This document shows, in pieces, positions 11,601-24,076 of a DNA stretch of 64,000 nt (within the stretch, counting starts at the first letter, position 1; every line of letters begins with the position of its first letter). A program made the position numbers and the translations under genes. The notes beneath the pieces are model-generated. The model was not told where the DNA came from and ran no database searches. It saw only the letters and a program-made list of their open reading frames with translations. Source of the DNA: Amphiscolops sp. MND2022 (lineage: Eukaryota); contig OZ076410.1 of NCBI GenBank assembly GCA_964187785.1, forward strand, positions 42,904,001 to 42,968,000. Direction: 5' to 3'.

Positions 11601-13631
11601 ATTTTAAATTTCATTAGATAATCCTACAAAAAGGCTCTTTCTACCGTTTACCAATATGCATTTATTGAGAGTCAACAAGACGTTTGATCCATCGAACAAA
11701 ATGAATGAAATAATCACCATTCTGGTGTCGCGTTGTTTGAAGCAACTTAGTTTCAAATTTAGTCATTGTAACTTTCTCCCTTTTTGGCCTATTCTATCGA
11801 GAGTTAACTTATAAATCAAAAACCCCTGACAAATTTATTTTAAATTCACAGGTTGAAATTTTAACGAAAGTACGATGAACTCAAGATCAAACTCTTTTAC
11901 AGGGAACTAAACATTTTGATTTGCTATGAGAACCATGTTTCAAACTATGAAACGTGATTTCATACTATGAAATTCATAGTGTGATCAAATTATGATTGAT
12001 AAAGGTGGAAACAGAATGACAAGTTCTATTTTTAGTCGGCGCTTCTTGTGAAGCAAAAATTGCCCGACTCTTACAGTGAGCATTTTTAGTCGGCGCCTTT
12101 TCCCTTAGTGAAAAAAGTCCGACTATTACAATGGTAGGTTTTTTTCAGCTGACAATCTCACTCTGAATGGTCAACTTTTCTTACAATTTTCATGAGTCAT
12201 GAATTCTTGCTTGTGAAGTCCTTTTCCTTTTTCAAAAGCTTGCGAAGTATTTTTACATCATCTAAAAAACTCAACGGGGCCAAAGTGTACTCCCTTAGTG
12301 TATTTTCGGCACTCTGAGACTTTTTTCGAAAACAAAGTTTTCCCCAAAGTGTCCCCCCTTCACTTCTTTGATTTTTTTTGACAGAATGGAAGTTGGAAAA
12401 TCCCAAAAGGTCCCCTTTTCAGTTTTTTGACATTGTGAGACTTGAAAAATTCATAAAAGGGTCCCCAATTTACCAATACTTTGACACTTTGAAGTATTTT
12501 TGCTTTTTTGGGCCTTAGATATGGCGCCGACTTGGGTCGTTCCCGGCTTGTTCGTTTTCTCCAGATCACAGACCTCGCACTGAAAGGTCCACTTTTTGAA
12601 AAAGTACTAAAACTACTAAGGCCAAGTCCGGCCAGTGGAAACTTGCTACAAAGGATCCCTGTTTTACTTCTACTTCTTAATGTAACCTACAAAACCGGAG
12701 GAAAATAAAGGGTCCCCCTTTCACTTTTTTCAACGTTGTGAGACTTTTTTGAAAAATTTTTTGTCTTCAAATGTCAAAAACTCATCCCCCGAACTTTTGA
12801 CTTTATATCCGAACTATTTTGCGTTTTACTAACGAACTTTTGACGTTATATCCGAACTATATTGAGTTTTATTAACAAGGAGGCATAGATTCAATAACAG
12901 GAATTTTTATTGAAAACGTCCCACGTGTATTTTAAAAACTGCGCTTTTTGAGCCTTTAGATATAGCGCCGACTTTAGACGTTCCCGTTTTATTGAGAATT
13001 CCAAAGTGGAGGATATAGCTCATGATGAAAATGCATTTAGGGAAAGTGACGATTGAAACCTAAAACCAAAATGTTTTCAGGGCTCAAACAGTACGGCGCT
13101 AAATCAAGTAAGATTTTTCTTCAAGTATCTTTTGAGCATATTTGAAAGATTATGTTCTTTTTTAATTCCAAGCTAACGAGTACTCTCGGCTTGTTTGACA
13201 CAATATTTGTAATATATTCTTCCTTGTTTTGGACTTAACGAACACAAGTTGGATACAGCGCAACATACATACATCTTTGAACAAGACACCTGCTGACCAG
13301 CATGATATTTTCTGCCGAAAACTGTTCTACTGGAACATGATTTTGAGACTCAAAAGTAGCGACTTCAATTTGAGAATGCATAGAATTTGAAGGAACGGAA
13401 GCTTTGATATTTTTCATTCATCTTATCCCATTTGTGAAGGAAACAAATGATTTAAGAAAACGCGAAGTCACGGAGTGTTTTGTTGTTTAACTAAGTGACA
13501 AGAGTACCTAACCTACCAAATTTTCATGTTTATATACACGAAAAATCCATAAACCTCAAAACTTGGAGAAATTTAATTTCGATAATTGGAGTCGACGGTG
13601 ATGAATAATTACACCATTCTAGCAAGAACTA
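8665..13631. repeat. Direct tandem duplication, two units of about 2.46 and 2.50 kb
   Basis: GAGTCAGTTTGAACAA occurs at 8681 and 11143 (offset 2462). The unit end AGCAAGAACTA occurs at 11118 and 13621. The copies are collinear at roughly 90-95% identity by eye. Unit 2 has an extra 43-bp internal duplication (12791-12833 / 12834-12876). Confidence 0.97.
9560..10560 (+). mobile_element. Non-autonomous DNA-transposon-like repeat with recurring AAAGGGTCCC/GTCCCC motifs; second copy at about 12020-13060
   Basis: Repeated AAAGGGTCCCC, AAAGTGTCCCC and TAGTCGGCGC motifs. A homologous sequence occurs inverted at 43640-44245 (TAAGGCCAAGTCCGGCCAG at about 10157 vs CTGACCGGACTTGGCCTTA at about 44109). 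No coding capacity. Confidence 0.6.
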
Positions 13632-14094
13632 GTTTAAAACTTCACGAAAATTTTATGAAAACTTCAAACACCAATGGAATTTTGGGGTACCTGTGCCTTC
13701 TCTCCTACATAGAAAATTCCACGAACATCTTAGAAAGGCGTACTGCAGAAGTCGTTATTTCGATTGGAGCCTAATGGATATCACGTAGTAAACTAAAACG
13801 TCCAAACAAAACTTTTACGTTTCCAAGGAATTCCAATGAATTTTACACTTTTTGTTGGGCAGTAGTGCAAGTTCTTTTCCAAACCCATACCGGAAGCAAC
13901 CAAAGACCCTGGAGTTGCTTCGATCTTGAGCCTATGAGTAACCTCTTCGTTTCCAAAGTAGCGTTTTAACTGGCCTGTGTTTCAACGTTCAGATCAATGG
14001 AAGTTCTACTCTACAAAAAAATTGTAAATAGAACCAAACATGGCCCTTAGATGGTAAAAGATTGATCAATTGTCGTTCTTTGTTCTTTGAAGAC

Positions 14095-15065
14095 ACATTT
14101 TAAAATTCTTGCATTAGGCCTGAATTTTGATTCTTTTTCCAAAATCAGCGTAAATTTGGACTTTATTCATTGCCTTTTGTATTTAACTTGTTTTGAGCTC
14201 CATATTTGGGCTACATGGGTGTCCGTAGGACCCATGAGAACTACTTTTGAACTTCGCTAATTATTTAACAGCAAATAACAAGAGTAGATCTATGCCTTAA
14301 CCTTGCTTAAATATATGCTTTTCGTATATACTTTTACAAGTTTTGGTGTATACCTTCAACTCATTTAAAGAGTTTGTTTCAACCTGTTCCACATACCAAG
14401 GCGCTTTTATGGTGATGGTAAATCTAACCACAAACATCCGCCTTGAGGTATTTCCTGTATGCTAAAGTTACTAGAGTTAACTCGTGCTAAGACACGACAG
14501 CAACCAAGTAGAGATCCAAATTAGTCAACTTGCTACTCAAGTACTGAAGATAGTGAAAACTTGGAAGTTTCACGTACAATTATTTCAGTTAATTCTGGCT
14601 TCTGAAGAGCTTTTTTGAGTTGAACAAGTGATGTTATACTGTTTCGAAATTCCAACGTCAATTTATTATATTGCATATGGTTGCGATATTTTTACTTGAA
14701 AAAGTTATCGTGGACGCAAGGATTTGGACATATCGTTTGGTTTAGCAGATCAATGACGCTACCCCTCATCGAGACAGCTAAGTTGATTCCTATAGTCACA
14801 ATTTAGGGCTTCAAAGCTACTTTATGTTTGTAAAACAGAATAAGTGCAAAGTTAAAGACGCAGTAATTGCTTCACCGACATCAGAAACTTATTCAAAGTA
14901 ACGCAAGCTATAATTTCGATTGAAAGTACTTGCGATATCACATTTTGAAGGTTTTTCAGAAGTGTTTTTGCAAGTGCGTTTCCTGGAAAAATCAGTTTTA
15001 AAATTGTCCGCAAGTTGTTTACCAAGACGTCGTAAAGCGTTTGTTAGTTTACCTCAGATGTAAAA
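14095..15065 (+). repeat. BEL/Pao 5' LTR (5'-truncated)
   Basis: Aligns with about 21705-22706 (e.g. CCGTAGG.CCCATGAGAAC, GAGGTATTTCCTGTATGCTAAAGT, AAATTGTCCGCAAGTTGT). Immediately followed by the PBS. Confidence 0.9.
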
Positions 15066-15068
15066 TGT

Positions 15069-15085
15069 TGGTGCAGCGACCCGGG
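15069..15085 (+). promoter_or_regulatory. Primer-binding site of the Pao element (tRNA-His-like)
   Basis: TGGTGCAGCGACCCGGG directly after the 5' LTR. It resembles the complement of a tRNA-His 3' end (TGGTGCCGTGACTCGG); the tRNA identity is an inference. Confidence 0.6.
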
Positions 15086-15099
15086 AAAACACTCTGCAA

Positions 15100-17843
15100 A
15101 TTTACTCTATCAGAGCGTTGTGAAATTTGCCGATTTGATTGTTGTGAGAATAGCAAAACAAGACAGCTGAAGGCAAAAGAAATTGAACGAAAAGTCCCGT
15201 TTTCGGATTGGCTGAAAAACTCATCCACGTTGAGCAACTGGATTGATCAAGAAAAACGAGTAGTTGGAATAGTCTCGAAAGTGGAACATGATTCAGAAAA
15301 CTTCAAGACGAGCAATCCGGTGCTGTGGGCTGATTTGGGCAACCTTCGTGTAAAGTATTGGTCTACTAAAGATGAATTGAAAAACGAATTCGAATTGTAT
15401 CTCCCATTGTTGAAAGAAAAGCATCAATCTGAACGTAGACAAGCTCCTCGAAAGTTAAATTCAGAATCAAAGAACGATCCACAGAATGATGTAATCACCA
15501 CAATAATCTTAAATGTGTTAGGCAGCTCCCACAGTGGTTGAATTTTGTGAGAGATTGTAAGACCATGGATCAAGTCGCTGCATTGAAGCGAAACTTGTCT
15601 GGCGAAAGTGATTAACAGCTTGATGAAACAAGAAAAATAATCAAGTAAAGTGAAATCATTTTTCTGAAAACTTCAAAAAGTAAAAACGAAGCTGGATAAG
15701 GCTTACGAAAATGTTTGTGACCTGCTGAAAACGGAAACACTCAAAGGCTTGTCACAATTTGAAAAATATGTTAAAGAATTCGGTTTAAACATGCAAGAAG
15801 CGACCACAGATTCATTGAACGGTGTCGATCGTCGATCGTTCAATCGGAACAGAAAAATCAGTGGAACTTACCAACGACTTCAGATGGGTTGGAGGTAATT
15901 CTCTCCCGGCACATTCCAATGACGTCGAATGACGATGAAGACAATCAACCATGTAAAAGGCGTCCAAGTGCAAACGATCCGTTGGAAAAGAGTCTGAAAT
16001 TGTTAGGAGATGTTAACCAACCCATGATGTGAAGTGTTCGATCAAAGTGAGAGTCGTACGGAAGCTGCTGCTCGACTAACAGGATCAGCCACTTTGAGTA
16101 GAGTGAAGAGACGTTCACAAGTGGACCTCTCTCTTTCAAGAACTTTGCCGAAAAGCGACACCTTTAAAACTCAGGGCTCAAAAGTGTGTTGCGACTGGTC
16201 AAGGGTAAGTGAACTATGACGCTTGGAGATGCATGCTGAAGTACTAGAGCAAAAATCTCAGTTGGGAATTGAGAAACGGCAGCGAGAGAAACTTCTGGAA
16301 AAAAACTAAACAAACGCAAATGGACCGGAGACTCTTAGAGTTAGGAGCGGAAGCTGAAATTGCTGGAATGGAATGCAGAAAAGCGCTTGAACAGGAAGAA
16401 ATACCCCTGCATCTAGAAGAAGCCGAAGGAACAATTCGTGTTTCTTCAATATGTCCTAGCCTGATGTCTTTTATTCTGAAGGAGGACAAAAACAGCGAAA
16501 TCAAAAGTTGGCTAGACCAAGGCATTGAAGATTTCGATAAGTGCTTCTCGCAACCGAAGGAATCTAGCAGAGAAGTAGAAAATAAAGGTGAGTGTAGTAA
16601 ACCAGCTCAAAAATTCCAAACATTTGACCACAAAAACCAACTAACGCGAGTTCAAAGCAGAGGTACGAGTAAATCACCCCAGAGAAAAATCACTGGAAAT
16701 ACCTTTCCAAAAACAAACATACTGCTTCAGCAAGGCAAGGAGAAATCAAAAAATAAAATTATATTTGCGAAAACCTCATTTAAATTATAAAATGAATTTC
16801 CTTCTTTCACACCAGCACTACTTGTACAGCAACCTGTACATTTTGTTCAAAAAATTCATCAGGTTGAAATTATTTGAATTTCATGGAGATCTATTGGAAG
16901 GGCCAGAATGGTCCGGCTTGTTCACAGCTACCATCCATAATGTGCCAATTGATGACAATGCAAAAACGAGTCATTGGAAAACACTCGTTAAAGGCAAGGC
17001 CAAGGCGGCTATCGCGGGTCTCCGATACTCAGGAGTCATGTTCAGTGCAGCGTGGAATGCTTTGGTTGTCAGATTCGAGCGTCCACAAATCCTTGTCAAT
17101 GCTCAGTTGAAGCAAATCCATTTTAGTCTGTTCATCAAGTCGCATGACTCAGCGGCTATTATAAAGTACGCTCAGTTGATCACTACATGTGCCAATGTGT
17201 TGAAACAGTTTGGTTTTACAGGAGACTTGTATTCTCAGTCGGTTTTGAATTCAGCTTTGAGGAATTTACCTCCCGAATATAAAATCAAGTGGTTTTTTTG
17301 CTTAGAGCAAAGGTTACTACCATACTGATCTTTGCAAATTTAGCGAATGGCTGAACGAAGTTGCTTGTGTCCACAATGAAATGACCGTGCAATTCAAATC
17401 TCAATCAAAGAAAAATGGCTACAGTAAAACGGAAAAAGTAAAAACCTCATTATTCCCTGCTAATGATTAGAACAAACAAATCAACGTCTGCATCAGTAAA
17501 GCAATGTCCATTGAAAGATGACCATGATATCTCGATGTGTACAAAATTCAAACAACAAGGAGTTAATTGGAGATGCGCAACACTGAAGAAATTTAAACTT
17601 TGTTTCTGTTGTTTAAACTCACATTTGATGAAAGACTGCAGTCGGACAGAGTGTGTGAACGGATGCACCAAAAAACATAACAAGCTTTTGCATTCGGATT
17701 CTTCCAAAACTGAAACAAAACACGAAATCTGGAGAACCCTTGTCTCAAAACAGGGCCGGCGCTTCTTCGATGCTCTCAACTGGTACCAGTGGTTTCTTAC
17801 AGTTGATACCAATTTCAGTCGAAAACGAGCAACGAAGCGTTGA
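15100..17843 (+). pseudogene. gag: BEL/Pao gag (capsid-like region plus Cys-His cluster)
   Basis: EFHGDLLEGPEWSGLFTATIH...RFERPQILVNAQL in 16765-17328; CPLKDDHDISMC...CFCCLNSHLMKDC...CTKKHNKLLH in 17463-17843. Confidence 0.88.
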
Positions 17844-17844
17844 A

Positions 17845-20800
17845 ACAATAGCTCTTTGTGATACTGGATCCACTGTATCGTTCATAGACAAAGCGTTGGT
17901 CAATCTTTAGAAAATGAAGGGTAAAGAATCAGTTATGTCGGTGGCTGGAATTCAGGGGCTATCAGACCTGAAGACTGAAGTTGTTACCGCCAGAATTGGT
18001 CGAAGTGAAATAGATACTGCGGGAGAAGAACCGACCTTTTGCAGTCACCGAAACTTGAATGTCGGTGACAAAATCTACGACTTTACAAAAATGAATGATA
18101 ACTATGCTTACCTGACCGATTTGACGGTTTTAAAAGTCTCTATGAATGTTGTCAACGGTTTACACGGTCAAGACGCGTATCACCTAATCAGACCTCTTGA
18201 ATATAAGTCAGGTGATAGAATTGAGCCATGGGCGTCAAAACTTCCTTGGGATGGTCAGTCAGTGGGGCATTACCCAAAACAGACACGAACTGTATAGCAG
18301 CTTCTTGTAATCTTTCGGTGTCATCTGATCCTTTAGCAGATCAGATGAAAAAATGGTGGAACATGGAGACATAAGCGTCTGTGTGTGAACTCTCAGGACG
18401 TTCTAAGGAAGAAAAGAGAGCCCAAGCACTCTTGGAAAAAAACTACCAAGCATAACGGCGGCAGTTATGAAGAAGGACTCCTCTGTGTCCATGACATCCC
18501 TAGTCTGTCGAACAACTATTATTCTGCTTACCAACAGTTTCTGTCAATGGATCTATAGTTGAAAGAAACTTAAAAGCTACCACTGAGAAGGACTTGGAAA
18601 ATAATTTTGTACAAAAACTGGAACAAGAAGTTGTAAGTACAGAGAATGAAATGCAATTGTACTTGCCTCATCATTCTGTTAAGCACCCACAGAACTTGTA
18701 ATGCAAACCTTCGAAGTTTAAATGCGTTTCTTTGAATGACAAACTTCTCAGTGGACATGATTTGATATGAAAAGTGGTTTGAATTGTTTTCAGGTTTAGA
18801 GAAAATCAAATAGCTATCACCGCCGATATAGAGTCCATGTTTTTGCAAGTAGCAATTCCGAAAGGTGAATGTAAAGTACTTCGTTTCCTATGCCGTGATA
18901 ATCATGAAGACAACATCGGAAAAACAACATCGGAACACTGAGTACAACAAGCACGTGTTTTGGGCAACAAGTACTGCGAGGTTTGCGAACTACGGATTTC
19001 AACAAGGAGGAAGAGACAACAAAGTTGATTTTCCTCCTGCAGCACCAACCATAGATAGATACTTCTACATGGACGATTTATTTAAAAGTGTTGATAGTTC
19101 TCAGGCTGCTGTTACATGTTATCGAGAGATGGTGGAGAAATGGGGTAGCAATTGTCTGGAAGTTGTGAAATTATCCCGGCGGACGATCGATTAGAAGCGA
19201 CCGAATTCACGCTTAGCGCAGAATCATCTTACATTCTATGTCTGGGGTGGATAATCGATTAAGATTGTCTGCAAGTATGTCGAGGACCTAACAAAGAATG
19301 TCCGCAAGTTATCACTCAACGAGTAGTGTTATCTTATGTTTCCTCAGTTTTTGATCCCATGGGAGTTTTTGCACCTTTTACTATGCGGAGGAGAATGCTA
19401 TTGAAAAGCATCTGGATTCGCTTCGGCCAATCATGGGATGAAAACGTTGCGGATGATGATAAACAGGTAATACTCGATTGGGTGAAAGCAATGCAAATAA
19501 ATGAAAACACCTCACTGCCTCGAAAATATTTATCCGATAATCCTAAAAACGTTCAACTACACATCTTCAGTGATGCGTCTCTAGAAGCTATGTGCATCGT
19601 CGCTTACTTTCGAGTGGATGTCAATGACGGAGTTGAAATTTCTTTTGTTTTGGGCTATTGTAGAATAGATCCCATCAAACAATTGTCTAAACCTCGTCTA
19701 GAGCTTCAAGCAGCGGTGTGTTCAGTAAGATTGAGAACCTTGATTGTCTACAGATTGACAGTGTTACTCATTGGACTGATTCAGTTACTGTGCTTCAAGG
19801 GCTACATTCGACTGACAAGAAACCAAAAACCCAATAGAGCAGCTGAAATCTTGCAAACTTCCACAAATGACAAGTGGAACCACGTTAGAGGTGAATTGAA
19901 CTATCAGATATTGGAACACGTGGAATTATAATACAGAAATTGACGGAAAGCGATACGTTATCTGGACCAATTTGGCTCAAAGAACAACCTGACGATTGGC
20001 CCGTGTCTCTGCAACCAATTAACTTGGTGCCTCATGACCATGCTGCAGTTGCAGTAATTATAAACACAAGCATGACTCAGGAGCCAATAGTTGATTGGAG
20101 CAGATTGGGCAGTTTTTCCAATTGTGTGACAGTTATTGCATTTTGCTTACATTCAATGTTCAAGAGTCAATCGAACGTTAACTTCCAAGTGAATTGAAAT
20201 GACCGAAAGAAACGGTTCTCAAATTATTCCAACAAGAATCTTTCCCTGAAGTGTATGATGGAAAGCAAATGTTTGGTAAAACAACTGAGGGCGGGGATTT
20301 GGAATTTTTTGATGAAACTGGCATGTTAAGAATTAGAAATCGAATCAAACATGCAAATTTGAGCTTCCAACAGCGGTATCCGATTCTTTTGTCCACGAAG
20401 CACGATTTTGTTAATGTTTTGTTACGAAATTTACAACTGAAACAAAATCATGAAGGAGTATAGTATGTGAGAAGCGTAATCCAACAGAAGTTTTGGATTT
20501 TGGGATTACGAAATGCTCCAAGGATAATCAAAAACAGCTGTGTTTACTGTCGCAAAATACGTGCGCAGATAAAATCACCTCTCATGGAAGATCTACCTGC
20601 AGAGAGGCTTGATTATCAGTCACATCCTTTTACCAACCTAGGAATGGATTATTCGGTCCATTCGAGGTTATATTGTTACGAAGATCAATGAAACGTTGAT
20701 GCTGTTTATTTACATGTTTTACTACCGGAGCAGCACATATAGAAGTGGTTTGAAGCCTCGACAACAATTTCTGCTTGGTGGCCATTACCAGATTTATTGC

Positions 20801-21574
20801 CAGACGTGGCAAGCCAACAACCATTGTAAGTGATAATCGTACTAACTTCGTTGGATCCGCGAGAGAGGTAAAAGGATACATCAACTCGTGGAACCAGGAT
20901 CAAACAACATCAGAATTGGTTCAAAAGCAAATCGCATGGAAATATAACCATCCTAGGGCATCTCATTTTCGGGGTGTTTGGGAACGGTTGATCAGAAGTT
21001 GCAAGAAATCAATGATGGTTACTCTGGGAACCGATCTTTGACTGAAGAATCTTTGCCAATGTGCTTGGTTGAGCAAACATTGAATGCGCGCCCTATTACC
21101 CCAGCAAGTGACGGTTCTGCTAGTTTGGAGGCTCTTACGCCCAGTCATTTCCTTTTGGGTCGTGCTAATGTTGGTATACCTTTTCTTTCCAATGCTGGAG
21201 TTTATTCCAATCACCACAAGTTGTTCAGATCGTGTCAAGCTTATGCGGATATGTATTGGGTTGAAGAATATTCACCACAAAACAATGCCAGAACCCAATG
21301 GACAGAACAAGAAGCCAATGTTGAAGTTGGCGACTTAGTTTGGTTGGTGGATATCAACGTGAAATGGTGTCATTACAAGATGACACGAATCCAAGAAATT
21401 TTTCCAGCCGAAGATGGTGTAGTGAGATCAGTGCTCATCAAAACTCATGATGGTACCTTCAGACGACCTGTAGTAAAGTTGGCGCCATTATTCAATGAGC
21501 GTTTTCAGTCTGAAAACGGGGTCGCAATTGTTGGCGCCTCAAACGAGATGCAAAACAACTTAGCGAAAAAATAG
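17845..21574 (+). pseudogene. pol: BEL/Pao pol (protease, RT, RNase H, integrase, C-terminal domain)
   Basis: ALCDTGS (DTG at 17860-17868); YLPHH; DIESMFLQV; YMDD at 19066-19077; LHIFSDAS and PRLELQAA; PILLSTKH, KFWILGLR, CVYCRK, TIVSDNRTNF, VWERLI; VGDLVWLVD...DGVVRSV. Confidence 0.93.
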
Positions 21575-22706
21575 GTCAATTTAGCCAAATTCAAAAGGCA
21601 GTAAAATTGTGTAGAATTGTATTTGAATGCTAGTTGTCACCCAATCAACATAATTTGGACCAAATGAGCAATGGAAACTGGAAAATTGAAAATCGAAAAC
21701 AAAATATGTTAAACTCTTGTCTTTCGCCATATTTTCGATTCTTTTTCTAGAAATGAGTGTAAATTTGAATTTTATTCATTGCTTATTGTATCTAACTTGT
21801 TATAAACTCCATATTTGAGCTACGCGGGTGACCGTAGGTCCCATGAGAACCATTTGTGAACTTCGCTGTATATTTAACAGCGAATAACACGTGTAGATAT
21901 ATGCCTTTTTCTTGCTTAGATGTATGCTTTTCATTTATACTTTCATATATTTTGTTGTATACCTTCAACTCAGTTAACTAGTTTGTTTCAACCCATTCTA
22001 CCTATTAAAGCGCTTTTATGGTTATGGTTCACTTAACTACAAACATCCGCCATGAGGTATTTCCTGTATGCTAAAGTAACCAGAGTTACTAAGACACGAC
22101 AGCAATCAAGTAGAGATCCCGGATCGGTCAACTTTGCTACTGGGCCGAATCGGTCAATTTTGCTACTCAAGTACTGAAGAAAGTGAAAGCTTGAAAGTTT
22201 CACGTACAATTAATCAGGTAATTCTGGCTATTGAAGAGCTCTTTTGAGTTGAACAAGTGATATTATATTGCTTCGAATTTCCAACGTCAATTTATTATAG
22301 TGCATATGGATGCGATGTTTTTGCTTGAGAAAGTTATCGTGGACATAAGGATTTGGACATATCGTTTGGTTTAGCAGATCAACGATGCTACTCCTCATTG
22401 AGACAGCAAAGTTGATTTCTATAGTCACAATTTAGAGCTCCAAAGCTACTTTATGTTTGTGAAACAGAATTAGTTCAAAGTCAAAGATGCAGTAATTGCT
22501 TCACCGACATCAGAAACTTATTCAAAGTAACGCAAGCTTTATTTTCTATTGAAAGTAGTTGCAATATCACATATTGAAGGTTTTTCGGAAGTGTTTTTGC
22601 AAGTGCCTTTCCTGGACAAATCAGTTTTGAAATTGTCCGCAAGTTGTCAACCAGGTCGTCGTAAAGCTTGGTAAGTTTTTTGTTAGATCACCTTGCAGAC
22701 GTAAAA
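21529..22706 (+). repeat. BEL/Pao 3' LTR
   Basis: Begins TGTTGGCGCC right after GAAAACGGGGTCGCAAT at the pol end, as is typical of Pao. Homologous to the 5' LTR. Carries a private 19-nt duplication at 22123-22141 / 22149-22167. Confidence 0.88.
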
Positions 22707-23326
22707 AGTGGTATTGTCTGAGTAGATTTTTCGTTTTGAGCCTAATTATCATTCTTCTTTACAAAATTTATTCGAAAATTACACAAACATTGTATTGAAG
22801 TGTCAATTTGAATTTTGACCTAATTAGGTCAATTTGAAAAAGTTTTGGAAGTAAGCGGATATCTCTTCAAAAAGCCTACTTGAGAAGTTTAATTCTTTTT
22901 AAACGTTTCCGGCAATTTAATCACGAAAAACTTCAAAAAGTTCACAAAAATGTCAACAAGATTTAAAAAGTTTCAGATTTTGTTTCATTCTGAAGTGTTT
23001 TTGAAGCAACGCACTGCACATTTCTCTATAAAAAGGTGTACTTTAGGATAGTTTTTTCGTCTTTGAAAGTTTTACTAACAAATGAACACTCTCGGAAAAT
23101 GACGAAAACAAAAATAGAAAAGCACCTAACGTCAAACATTTTGGATTTTTTGCCATTTTGGGCCAATTTGAAGCGGTTTTTTATCACACAAATATATTTA
23201 TCTTTTCATCTGCACAGCGGACTCTTTTCTTGTTGAGCAATTTCACATTTTAATTTACAAAATCTATTGAAATTTTGGGAAAAAACTGGACAAAAGTGTT
23301 CCATATTTCAAAAACAATTTTTGGAC

Positions 23327-24076
23327 TGTAACTACAAGCGCCGGCGGTTAACCGAAACTGAGAAGTGGAGGAATTAGAACTGTGAATATGATCCGGGACT
23401 TAGTTCTCCACGGCCCTAGCTCATTTTCTCTCCAAGGAAGCCAGTCCAGGGTGGTGGAACAGTCTTGTTGGATGCTCTGTGGCCTGGTCCTAGTCTGTAA
23501 CTGCTAAAGAAAACAGGCATCTTCCTTGGCATAAAGACGACTGATTGATTAGCCTCTGAAAATGTGGCCAAAAAACAGAAAAAGAGTTGAGCCACAGTAT
23601 TTGGGAAATCTGACAAATCGCCAACATTGAACAGTAACACAGGGGTTTCAAACAACTCTCGAGCATATCAATCTAAACTTCAATAAATACATCAATAGAT
23701 TCAATAAATACTTCAATAGTTTATGTCCATTTTTCGTGGAAAAAGACCAAAAAGAAACCCAGCGCTCGAGCTGACCACCACAGAACACCACAGGATCTTC
23801 AGGCTCACATCTGAATGCACGGGTTTCCACCACCAAAGTAGAGAAATCTCGTTAGAGAATGGCACAATTCCGTGAAAAAAACGTCAGAATAGCTGTACTA
23901 GCTGCTGGTGTCGCTTTTTTCGCTCTCGCGGGCGGCGTCTTTTTCTCTTTTGAGGCTGCTTTTAGGCAGGTCTTTGACAGAAAGCATGTTTGGGTGCCAC
24001 GTCAGATTTGAACGAATTTTTGGTACATTGTTGAAAAAATCATCGAAAATTGTTGACACCAGCAGTTGCCGTTACA
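23327..24076 (-). repeat. LTR of the TGTAAC family (divergent copy)
   Basis: Ends TGTAAC (23327) and GCCGTTACA (24068-24076). Shares CTAGCTCATTTT, CAGCGCTCGAG and TGCCACGTCAGATTTGAACG with 28591-29304. No clean target-site duplication. Confidence 0.75.

Larger units (their letters stand above)
14095..22706 (+). mobile_element. BEL/Pao LTR retrotransposon with both LTRs (5' LTR truncated on the left), heavily frameshifted
   Basis: Domain order gag-PR-RT-RH-IN with Pao-specific motifs; homologous LTRs at 14095-15065 and 21529-22706. Confidence 0.95.
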
